Origin: Phoronis australis
Taxonomy: Eukaryota; Animalia; Phoronida
Direction: 5' to 3'
Assembly (NCBI GenBank): GCA_002633005.1
Contig: NMRA01000220.1
Location: 1 to 64,000, forward strand
DNA: 64,000 nt
The notes beneath the pieces are model-generated. The model worked only from the letters and a program-made list of their open reading frames with translations, did not search any database and was not told the DNA's origin. The number at the start of each line of letters is the position of its first letter. The first letter of the stretch is position 1. The position numbers and the translations under genes are program-made. Below are positions 33,801 through 46,100 of the stretch, piece after piece.

Positions 33801-36588
33801 CTGTAGTGGAATTATAGGCCTACTATTCTGTGTTTTATACTAACCGCTTTCTGCTACACCGAACGAAGTTTTTAACATCATCGGGCAAAGTTTCGGATGG
33901 GTACCGTACCTATTCACTTGGTGCGTCTCTCGGTAGATCGGACTAATTCTATGAGAACTTGGTGCTATCAAGACAAGTTGAAAAGCAACTACAGCAAACG
34001 ATATACACTCTCTACCCTTCCGACTTTGTGACCAGAAAGAGCGCATCAAGTGAGGTGTTCTGCCGAGAAGTTCAGCCGATTCTGGAGACCGTAAGCCTCC
34101 AACCATCTGGGGTGCGATTCGTAAAGCAAGTTTCTTGCTAGCTTATTGTGATTACACAAGACGACGCAAAATCACGGTAATGAGAAGCGAGTGTCTAGCC
34201 AGCGAACTTACTACTGAGCATAGACTAACAAAATGTGCGTCACTGAGGTGAGTAAACAAACAGTTAAAGTGTGGGAGTAAACTCACTGTCTCCTTTCCGT
34301 TTTGCGAGATTCCTCAAGCGTCTCGCTAGTGTCTTGCGTCACCGAACGCGCTCAGGGCCCGGGGTCTAATCCTTGTATTCGAACTCGAACTTAAACTATA
34401 TTTGACATTTCCCGTCCTGTTTTAATCACTTAATACAAGTTCGCACTTGATGACCCCTAGATTTGAGCTGTAAACTCGTGTGAAAAATTGAGTTTTGGAG
34501 TACAGGGTGCTGGGTTCATCAAGTGCTATTATTATGGGCGGCGCAGCACTAAAATAAGTGGGGGGCTATAGCCCATATGGTGCGCCAGGACTGAAATAAG
34601 TGGGAGGAGCTGTAGCTCCTTCCCCCCTCCTCCAGCCCCATATATGGTGCACCACCCATGTAATAGTCGTAAATAATAATATACTTGAGTACGTAATTGT
34701 AGTCATCTATCTTGAGTTTGTAGCACAAGGTCGATTTCGAGTACATTAGACCATGGACTCGGCCCTCGATTGTTCCATACTAGAAACGCGACAATTGGGC
34801 CGTCCCGGGTTACACGGCGATAGCGTTCTCCTTTGTCCCGGAGATGAGAAAGTGAGTGAGGCTGGTTTTGGAAATCAAGCACATTTTCGTGTCTCTCATT
34901 GATGTCGGGAAGACGAAGAATTTCAAATCACGCATCCAATGGTATTTATCTAGTTTATCAAACGTTTTCACGTCGGAGTTGCAGCACACACCACAGCAGT
35001 AATTCTTAGAGTAATGCAACCGAGAAAAGCTTGTAAATAGTCAGACAGCCACAAATAACACGGGAAACTCCAGTGGCACGAAAACAGGCAGCAAATTTGC
35101 CTAGCTGACGTATGTTTACGGCATTGTGGGTAAATACAGCGAGATTCGACTGTCACAGTGTAATCCGGGACAGCCCTATTGGTGCAACTACGCCTTTGCC
35201 GCGCTTCTGACGATCGGGTTGCTGGGTTTTGAATTCGTTAACTGGTACCACTGTTACATGGAACAAAGCCTCGTGAAGTCACATTCTCGTTCAAAATAAA
35301 ACACTATACAATGAAAATTCTTTGCAAAGCTGCATTAAACCCGTGATTTTTGTCAAAAAGGTTGATTTAGGCCACTTAGCGTTACAAAACTGGTGTTATA
35401 TTGTTACGCAGTTTATAAGTGTTCTCTGGGCTCGGGAAGAATGAAGACCAAGTTCAGATTTCAGGTCCCAGCGTGGTCTCGACCTGAGCCCAAATAGCGA
35501 ACTGTCGGTTCTTTCGAAGTGCAGAAATGACGTCTAAATTCACCAATGACGAATTTGAGACCAATTTCATAATTGTAAGTTGTATAAATCAAAACTTTTT
35601 TCAACAGAAAGCACGGGTTTTATACGTCTTTATAAGTACTAGTTAATAAAAAGGTTGATTTCTTTCTCACCTGATCGAAATCAAAGTCAACTTTCAATGA
35701 CGGGCAAGAATTAGAAAGCTTCTTCCAGCTGTATCCGTCGATTTTGTGAAAATGCGGGTCACTTTTGTACACTTTCACACTCATATACTGAAGCTTTTTA
35801 ACGTTAGTCTTTGCCAGCCCGAGCAGGATTTCATCAGATATGCAGTTGTAATTTAGATGAATCCTTATAAGGCCGGTGAATTTGCTCATCAGATTTATGA
35901 ACCGTTCTATCCTAAACACCGCTTGTCTCGAATGGAAGTAATCTTCCAGATTCAAGTACTCCACGTATATGCCATTGTTCTGCACCACTGCTTCCAATAT
36001 GCGGCACCCGCTGTTGACCTGTATCATACCAGCCGACAAGTTGAGGTTTACCAGCATCTTTTGACCGCGCAAGAATCGAGAGAGAGAAAGTAACATTTTC
36101 TCTCGTGTGAATTCAAACCTCCAGTATCTATCCAACTCTAAACCGCTGATGTCAAAATAATTAAGTTGTGTTTTAGCTCCGAGTGCTGTCATTAAGTTTG
36201 TTATTACTTTCTGAAATCTTTTACACGTGCTGTACGAAGGATGTCTGCATTTTATTGTTAACTTTTTGAGATGAGCGCCAAAATTATTCACAAATCCCAG
36301 CGCCTTAGATTCGCTCTTCGCTATGCGGCTTGTCCCAAAGTCAAAGGACCTCCACCGCCACAGACAGGGTGACTTAAACAATGCGGAAAACTTTTTGCAT
36401 GTCAACGCCAATCGAGCTCGATCACTGTCTTTTAGAAATTTGAAAATCTCGACAATAACGACTTCGGGTAAGCGTGACCAATCAAAGCTGTTCACGTGAG
36501 AGAGGTCATGGTCAGAACACGAGAGAGAATACAGGAAAGTGCTTTCAGAAGAACTTGTTGACACCCAGCTTTGTGAGCTCTCGGCCAT
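30860..36588 (-). CDS. F-box/LRR protein, FBXO39-like, 4 exons, ~460 aa
   Basis: Exons: complement(35671-36588, 33650-33800, 32112-32273, 30860-31011), phase-consistent, 1383 nt. F-box WSRLPEVVIVEIFKFLKDSDRARLALTCKKFSALFKSPCLW is followed by degenerate LRRs (LNYNCISDEILLGLA, WKKLSNSCPSLKV). AATAAA on the minus strand near 30755. Confidence 0.85.
31484..31762. repeat. MITE-like inverted repeats with tandem AAAACTTAAGTTTT palindromes
   Basis: GGGCCGGTTCCAAG ... CTTGGAACGCCC, followed by four AACTTAAGT units at 31668-31738. Confidence 0.45.
34796..35177 (-). mobile_element. ISL2EU-like non-autonomous element with a THAP-like fragment
   Basis: TIR GGGC(C/T)GTCCCGG(G/A)TTACAC flanked by AT on both sides. 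The internal minus frame NYCCGVCCNSDVK...LKFFVFPT resembles a THAP zinc-finger start (C..C.N...FF.FP). Confidence 0.55.
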
Positions 36589-37172
36589 TTCTGTGACAAC
36601 GTGCGGCTGGGGCCACTAATGACGTAATCAATGAGGATTTCGTAGCAGTGTCGTCATGGAGCTGTGGTGTATTCAAGCAATTGATTGGACATCAACCAAA
36701 CTTCGAAATGTGATATGATGAATGCTGGTCATGACATTGAATAATGGTTTGATTTGTATTGTGCTGAGCTATTGAAAATAAACAAATTGCGCAGAAATGC
36801 ATGTTGTTGCCAAGATCAACAGAGATAAAATTATTGATATTGGCTGTCCAAATAGTTACAATTACCAATTGCTATAACAATGATACGCACTACCTTCGTT
36901 GTAATAGCCTAGCTGCTAATGAATTACTCTCATCAAACACTGTTACCCAGGAACCTAATTATATAGAACTAAAGTTTTTAATGAGGTAAGCCCTTGATTC
37001 GATGACCGTGTTCTTTTTGATAGGTATGGACCATATGCACAGTATACCTACTATAACACTTGGCTAGGTCTACTATAAGCATTTCGGCCACTTGGCAGAG
37101 TTCAGTTCGAAACGTAAAATGACAAATACGGCATCTCTTGTATGTTTCTCAAGCATGACACAGGTGACGAGT

Positions 37173-40100
37173 TCACCAAGACACGACAGACTGGTATGCC
37201 TTCCCGCCTGATGTACCAAACACCATCGGATTAGCACTGACAGATGTTTCAGAACTTGACGAATCTGTACTTTGCGATTGGTCGTCTAAAGTTTGCATGT
37301 CTGTGCTTCCTCTTCGTTGAGAAGCAGCCGACGGGCTTTGTTTTCGAGATAAGTAAAGAATGAGAAAACTGTTGAGGACCAGTAAGAAGATAAGGACTAG
37401 CATGTAATACTCTTGGTGTTCCGCCATGTCGGGCGAAGCTGAAATGGAAAACAGTTAAAATGTATGGAAGCCATGTTAAGTCCGTCGAGTAGTAACGTTA
37501 AGCATAGGCCTTCTTGTAAAACATGGAGTGTTTTTTGTTTTTATTTTGGTAAGACACTAAACTAACAGTTTGATGCAAATTTAATTCCTAACTCCATAAG
37601 TCTCTGCAACAAACACGGTTTCCAGGTGTTTTCTCTTCAAGATGCAGTCTTCATTTCGGTTGGCGTTCCACCTGTCAAAGGTGCAATGCAGATTACTTAG
37701 TAACATTAGAGTTAGCGTCAAGAGTGATGTCATGGAAACGTGTAGATGCTATAAATCGGTATACCTTTTGACAAACTGAACATTCCTGCTCCAACAAGAA
37801 ATCCAATTCCATTGCTGCAGAGGAACAAACCAAAGAAAACATCCTCCAAACCAACTGGGGCTTCAAGATAGCTGAACGTTAACGCTGGAATACGCAAAGG
37901 CGTTTTTACATTTCCTGTTGTTATAGGTACGGTGCTAATGCGGTCGATTGTTCAACTTTCAGAGGTATTCACTTAAGTAAGGAGGTTCCACACAGGGCCT
38001 GCGTAGATTCGCCTTGCGAGGCGTACAGAGGACGTCGAAATATGTCTGCGTAATCATGAGATTTTTTTCTGAAGATCGGAAAGATCGGCTTAATTCTTAG
38101 CTACGCACAGGCTAGCGTTTTCGTCTAGCTGCATAGCGCAGCTTACTATCATGGAGCCTTGCAAAACTGTACATGTATTTTGGTGCTAGTCTACATAAAT
38201 CTAGCTGGATTGCTAGGCGTAAAGTAGAGCAGTGTTGGGCAAACTTGCGTAGATATTGCGTTTAGTGCTACACCGAAAGCAGGTCTTCAAGAAAAACGTG
38301 TCTAATTGCTTGGCGTTCATCTCAGCGAATTACACAGCGTACAGCAGGATTAGATCTGCGTACTCGGTATGCCGCACTAAGCAGCTCAAGGCTACGCAGG
38401 CACTAAAGAAAGGACCTCTTTCTCCCTTTTCCAATCCCAAACACATCCGTACAACGTGATTCAAATTACGTTACATGTTAAGCCTTCTATTTATTTATAT
38501 TCTCCAAAATACTTTGGTAGTTAAAGCTTCATGAGAAGTGAAGTTTGGTGCCGTTATAACAGTCATCCTGTATAGATAAGCCACCGACAATTCGAGAACA
38601 GAAATTAAAACTTCCTCAACGCTGTTTATTTTGTAAAAAGTCTTGTTGCCCTTTTGGAATAAGCTTTGAGCAAACAGGTTTTCATTAAATAGAATACAAT
38701 CTAAAAGTTCCAATTCAATAAAAGTAGCTTACTATTTAAAACCCTGTAAAATGTTGCGCTAGGAAATGACGACATTATGTTAGAGGCGCCCATGAATGAG
38801 TTCCTCTTAATCCCTCTAATATTCTTTGAAAAAAAAAGATTCCATCTCATTACCAACTCTCTTAAAAAGGTAGGCTTGCTACCCAACGGTAGTTCACGTC
38901 AAAAGTCGACTAATCCGTAAGAAATCTTATTGGCTAACCTGAGACAATCACGATTGTTTCACTCAGGCTAACGAACACATCCATTATCATGTTGTATGTG
39001 AAACTTCCGGTGGGGGATATGGTGCTGTAGTGTCGAATAAACTCCACGACGACGCTGATAATTAGACTGGCTATCAGAATTACGTTACCTACCCCTGAAA
39101 GTAAACCACGCGAACTGTTAGATGGACAATAGATACATGTAAGACTTCCGTGAAGCTCAATGGGACACTTATAAGCCCAGTTTCGGCGGTGTTGGCCCTT
39201 GGTCTTGTAACCTGGTCACGGTTGTCTCTAACAGATAAAGCGTTATTAAACCCATAACATAAATTGTAGGCCTAAAACTGGTATTTCCCAGAAGTCATGA
39301 AATGAAAACTCCGTTTAGTTACGTAGATTAACCACGTTGTTCACTGGAACCACCAGACAGCACATCGCCATATTCGCGTGTTCTCAAACGCTAAGGGGAA
39401 ACAAAGAGCAACGGCGCTAATACGACAACTGTCCTGCCAGTCGAAATGCATACATTCAATTAATCATGCGCTATCGCTACGCCATAGACGCCTCCATATG
39501 CTGATGAGCGGTGTGAGTTCCGTTGGCGCGAAAAGAAAACTTCACAGAACGCAAGATCAAGCAAGATTTCACGAGATGTCAACATATATTACAAACGAAG
39601 CACGCGATCAAATTAGCCTCCTCCACAAGAGTCTTGGGTCTACGGAACTCAGCTTTGCTTTCTGCTCTCAAGCTATTCACGTCGTTAAAAAGAAGGACCA
39701 TTGTTCATAAGCGACACCATGCAAGCGACTTTTAACTTTCCCATTGTATGCGAACTATGCAAAGCAGTGAAATGCCGATTACAACCCAGTTTGTAAACGC
39801 AACGCACTCCAATGAATGATAAGCAGACACTTCAAGTTTTTAAACTACCAGAGGTAAATTTTCCCGCCAGGAAACCTTGTGTTTAAGACTCCAGTGTGGT
39901 TAACATATACTGTTGCCTGAAGCTTGTGATATTTGGTCACCATGACTTACTAACGAATTTTAGGAACGTTGCGAAAAATTAAGCCACATATAGAGCTGAG
40001 ACGACAGTGTTAGTAAAAATGAAGGGTGTGCAGAACAAAAACACTATTTACCTATTTTTTTATAGAAGTGCGGCTCGACCTTGAATCGCCTGAACAACGG

Positions 40101-43100
40101 ATACAATACAAAGTATACAAGGGGGGTAATGAAGGCGTTTAGGACCTGTATAGACACCTGACCGATGAGAACATACTGACTGCTTCGCATCAAAGTTTCG
40201 TCGTGATCCCTTGGTATTCTGTAAGTAACGTTTCTTAAGTCCCGAGAAACAATGGCAGTCATCTGAAAATATACGCGTTTGTTGGTCAACAGTTTGATCG
40301 CTGTAAAGTCAACGTCGAGATGGAAAATGTACAGGTTTTGTTATTTGTTGGTATACGACGAAAGGTGTGATCTAGTCCTTGCCACGGGTTCATTGAGAAC
40401 ATATACTACAGGAATGAAACGTTAGCATTGGAGCGGAACGTTTGCCTCTCTCCAAAAATCATTTACCACGCAATGCAAGATTTAAGTAACTGCACATAAA
40501 AAGCCCTAACGAGTAGAATCGAAAGCTGTTGTGACAGAAGCCAAGAGTACAGAAACTTTATTCATCGTATATGACCGACATAACGCGTTTCTTCAAAGAA
40601 TATTGTTTACCCGAGTGTTTCCCATATGGACACATGCGCTTAAGTTATGCTCAAAAGGCACACGAAGGAGTACACCTGGTCGTATAAGGCACAAGCATTC
40701 TTCTAGACAAAAACACAACTTTGCTCATGCGAAACATTTTTCCCTTGTGGGTTCTACAGCACAATTTCTCACTTGTGAAATTTCATTCCTATTAGTAATA
40801 AAGAAAACAGTCTGGTTCGGCGACTTACTGCTGCAAAATCGGTTTTAATATTTTCATATAATTTCTGAAGGTTAGTACAATTTTCATTGAACCAGAATTA
40901 ACCGAAATCATTGAACTTTCCCAGTAAAACGGGTAAAATGTTAACAAATTTCAATTGAAAGAAACAAATGAAGTGTTTAAAATTATATTACAAACTGCAC
41001 AAGCATTCCCCGTAGGCGTATTGCGAGACTAGACCTGGTATATCCTTCGCAATATTCTTCTCTACATTCCGCGAGCTAAATACCTGAGAATACTGAAAAG
41101 AACATCGCTGCCTGACATGGTTTTACGAAAATGGTTCACGCATAAGCTTGTGCACCTAATTATGGATAAAGACGCAGATTCGAATATAAGCGCGTGCGCC
41201 TAATACGCTTATATACGGTAAGTCAGCAACAAAATTGTAATCGCATTGCGTTTCACCAAGACTTGCCTTACTTATCAAAGATTAAATACCAATTATTTTA
41301 CTTACCTGGGAAAGAAGGCACAAGTAAACGAGCAGCACCGCGAAGACGGGAAGCACCCGTCCAAGCTGTTTGACTGCAAACACACTCTCGATAGATATAC
41401 TTTGTTTTACTCCAAGATTCCGCCGAACTTTGCCGAGAAGGGGAGTTTTTAGATTTACCGACAGGCGTGATCTTCGCCACCGTTTTCGTAGACGCCTTTT
41501 AATTAGGAAAGCGATATCTTTCAAGACACTTCCTGAGAAATGAAAATTAAGAACGGTCTCTCACAAAAGTATCAACTATTTAAACTGCATTTCGCCCTCT
41601 TTGCGGGCTAAAAACGAAAATCAGGCATTTAGTTCTTATCAAACCGGTCTCCACATTTAATGTTTTCTGTTACCACGAAGAACATACAAGCACTCAACAG
41701 ATCAAGACGTACGTGGATTGTCTATTGGGGATGGCCACTACTGAAACTCAATAATGACGTGCTGAGCCTCAGTCAAAACTGTAGGTAAAGTCACGTGTAA
41801 CAACAAAGACCATTTCCCCCGCGTGGATACGAAACGTCACGTGTCGCCAACACAAGGCGAGATGCAGCTTCAATTTTTTGACTGAGCGTTCCTGAAAATG
41901 TATTGTTGAAATCAGTTTTCGCTCAATTGTTATCTTTCGAAAATAAACTATGACTAAATACATCGTGGAGACGATTGGATTAGTGAATTTGAACACTATA
42001 CATCCAGAGATTCCAGCCTCCCATTCACTAACGCTAGGACCTCGCTAAAAAGCAAGACTTCACGAGATTACGTGAGATATTGTCGTGCATTTTAAATTAG
42101 AACACGTGACTTTGACTAGGTTTTAGCTAGGTCCTAGCGTAGGTCCTAGCGCCTGAACGCATGCCAGCCTCCCGTTCAGTAACACTAGGACCTCGCTAAA
42201 AAGCAAGACTTCGCGAGATTACGTGAGATATTGCCGTGTATTTTAAATAAGAACACGTGACATTGACTAGGTTTTAGCTAGGTCCTAGCGTAGGTTCTAG
42301 CGTCTACTGAACGCACGCCAGGTGTACTTCTTCCGCTAGGAAAATATGTGCTGCTTGTAACCCCGTTGTTCAAACTCAAAGATGACAAGCAGTGTCCAGT
42401 TTTTGAGCCTCCCAAGCAACAATGAATCTATAGAGAACCTAACATTGGCTCTCCCGTAGAAAGGATTAATAAGGGTCGCGCCGCCAACTCTGGTGGCTAC
42501 TTTGCCGTCACGATGGCCGGGTACAGTTGCGAATACATACTTCACTCGGGTGGAAAACTAGCCCTTTAGGGAGTCGGTAGCATTGTCTCGATTTTTGGAT
42601 CAAAAGTAGTCGACGGTAGTGGAGAGAGGGGTGTCAGTATTGCATCTGATGCTGTTTTGATTCATTTGGTGTTGTCAATTTCCCGTTACATTCATCAGGA
42701 TTTTAAATGCGCAACGGCACATCCCCATCCGTTATACGGAATGGAGTCCCAAAGCATTGGGTATGCAAAGATCTTTGTTCGAAAAGCTGAGCGTTTATCA
42801 CCTCTGAAACGTGCTTGCTCTTACGTTTGGTAGCTTGTCTCACGTACAACTTTGTGCCAGCCACGAAAAGCACAACAAATAAGGTCATGCTTATTATGGC
42901 CACGACAGGTGGCGTGAAGGGNAAGACGCACGTGGATTGTCTATTGGGGATGGCCACTACTGAAACTCAATAATGACGTGCTGAGCCCCAGTCAAAACTG
43001 TGGGTAAAGTCACGTGACACAACAAAGACCATTTCCCCCGCGTGGATACGAAACGTCACGTGTCACCAACACAAGGCGAGATGCAGCTTTAATTTTTTGA

Positions 43101-46100
43101 CTGAGCGTTCCTGAAAATGTATTGTTGAAATCAGTTTTCGCTCAATTGTTATCTTTTCAAAATAAACTAAGAATAAATACATTGTGGAGACGACTGGATT
43201 AGTGAATTTGAACACTATACATCCAGAGATTCCAGCCTCCCGTTCAGTAACGCTAGGGCCTCGCTAAAAAGCAAGACTTCACGAGATTATGTGAGATATT
43301 GTCGTGCATTTTAAATTAGAACACGTGATTTTGACTAGGTTTTAGCTAGGACCTAGCGCCTGAACGCACGCCAGCCTTCAGTAACACTAGGACATCGCTA
43401 AAAAGCAAGACTTCGCGAGATTACGTGAGATATTGCCGTGTATTTAAAATAAGAACACGTGACATTGACTAGGTTTTAGCTAGGTCCTAGCGTAGGTCCT
43501 AGCGTCTACTGAACGCACGCCAGGTGTACTTGGCGCTAGGAAAATATGTGCTGCTTGTAACCCCGTTGTTCAAACTCAAAGATGACGAGCAGTGTCCAGT
43601 TTTTGAGCCTCCCAAGCAACAATGAATCTATAGAGAACCTAACATTGGCTCTCCCGTAGAAAGGATTAATAAGGGTCGCGCCGCCAACTCCGGTCACCGT
43701 GACTACTTTGCCGTCACGATGGCCGGGTACAGTTGCGAATACATACTTCACTCGGGTGGAAAACTGGCCCTTTAGGGAGTCGGCAGCATTGTCTCGATTT
43801 TTGGATCAAAAGTAGTCGACGGTAGTGGAGAGAGGGGTGTCAGTATTGCATCTGATGCTGTTTTGATTCATTTGGTGTTGTCAATTTCCCGTTACATTCA
43901 TCACTTTCTGAGGATTTTAAATGCGCAACGGCACATCCCCATCCGTTATACGGAATGGAGTCCCAAAGCATTGGGTATGCAAAGATCTTTGTTCGAAAAG
44001 CTGAGCGTTTATCACCTCTGAAACGTGCTTGCTCTTACGTTTGGTAGCTTGTCTCACGTACAACTTTGTGCCAGCCACGAAAAGTACAACAAATAAGGTC
44101 ATGCTTATTATGGCCACGACAGGTGGCGTGAAGGGCTGGGTGGGATTGATGGTTACAAACGACATCCCTAGGGCAGCAACTTCACTCAGACCAAATAATG
44201 AGTATACCCTGAAAGATAATAAAAGCAAATTTTAACATAGAAGCCTGATAATGTAGTTATGCAGTTCGCTTTGTTGTCAGTTGGAAACCCGACCTACCTA
44301 CTACAGAGAGGTGTGTAATACGCAGAATTGTTACAGACATGCTCCTCTTTTTTAGTCATACCTTGGAAACATGTAAAAAGTCATCCTCGCCCAAAACTGG
44401 CACATGCACAACTGATGACCCTATAAGATTTTAGGAAATAGCAGAGATCGTGATTTCACCTCAAATTGATAGGAGAGCGGATTCCACAATGTCCGCTTAT
44501 TCAGAGTTTGGCAAAAATAAGTGTCTTATTTTCTCAATTTCAACGATTAGCCACTTAGCGGAATACCTCATGAGCGTTCTTTTTGATTCTGTGGTTATCA
44601 CACACAATCTGTGCGTTTGTAGGGTACGTGGACCGTAGTTTTGTACTTTATTTCCAAGCGACTCTCTATTTTGAGATTTTTTGCCATTTGTCATTCTAAT
44701 GCCAATAAAAGTTTACTTTTCCATAGTGGGTTGCAATACACTCATAAAAACTGAAAATAGAATGTGGCATTTCGCTCTTCCTAGCTGGCTAAAACAAGCA
44801 GTTGAATTAGGCCTTTTACACTCATAAAATTGGCCTTATGATACTCCTTCATGGCTGTGACTGTATTCTATTTCCGTTGCCAAATAAAACATCGAAACCA
44901 TCAGCGGCTCAACAAAACCCTTCAGAGTTTATTGGAGTGTGTCAACCGTAGAAAATTGCGCCAATTCGAAAATGTACTCATTACCTGTGACTTGAGTTGT
45001 AAACGGAAATGAAATCTTATCATGGTTTTATGAGAGTAAAGGCCTAATTTGATTTTTGTATTTTTAGGCAGCAAACTGGGCGAATTCAGCTTTAAATTTA
45101 GGCCTAAACTCTTTCACTGTTTAAGATTGTGACATGTGACTGGACAGGTTTATATAAAATGTTACTTGGAAATTATTCACCTCTTCTCGTTGACGTTTTT
45201 GATACGTAGTGAAAGATGGTGGAATGATTTCCCGCCCTTTTTAAGGTTTGAAACTGACCTTATGCAGCCCGAATTTATTGAAGAATAATTTCCGTGACAC
45301 GGAATTGACATCTAGAAGAGTGCAAGTACTATTTCAAGGGCTCTGAAACGTTATATTACCATGCGAACACCTTTTCAACTATTAGAGGCTTGTTTTCCCC
45401 TTTTGCGAACGTCGCCTGCTGGACAATGAACGGGTACAGCGCTGTATTTTGTAAAGCGCCACCTATGGCTATGAGTAAAAGTGGAATGTAAAGTAAACCC
45501 TGCAAGAAATGTGAAATGTTGTGTTAAAATAGAGGTTGTTAGAAATGTTAGATATTGATTTCTTTATTATGCAGATTTTCTTGTTCTCCTTAAATCGTAT
45601 TGAAAACTGGAGAAATGTGCTTTTCGAACGAGTATCATTTCACATAAATATCCAAATCTTAATTTTGTCTGAGCTTAATTTTCCAGATACACGACGTCCA
45701 AATTGAGCCGGTGTTTTCAGATGTGTTCCGTTGTGCGTGGAACATTAGGCTTGGATTTAATTACAACTTCAAAATTCAAGTATTCAGCGTCAAACACTTG
45801 AAATCAAATGAGACAGCCACTAGAATGAAAGGCTTTGTAATAAATAGGCACTCAGGCATGCAAAAACTTACCAGCTGCCATTTACAGTCGGCTGAAATGG
45901 TCGTTCTGTTGAGTAGGGTGGCATTAGATCTGAGTAATGGAGGACAGTCGATGACTAGCAATCCAGAACCTGAATGATAATATTTATAGGTGTCTAAACG
46001 ATAATTGTAACTTTGGTACACTTTAGACTGGTATCATAGCAGAGACTAGACGGCTCATTATTGGACGCATCATAAGAAATGAAGTCGAGTATCTTAGCAA

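Noticed and set aside
42336-43751. Duplicated 69/71-aa ORFs as a tandem gene pair
   Set aside because: They are intronic, non-ATG starts and a by-product of the probable false duplication.
45181-45311. Extra SLC15-like exon
   Set aside because: The translation is not POT-like, and exon 45360-45499 already joins 44039-44208 in phase.
45455-45470. CTCF-like motif
   Set aside because: Explained by coding sequence (IAIGGAL).
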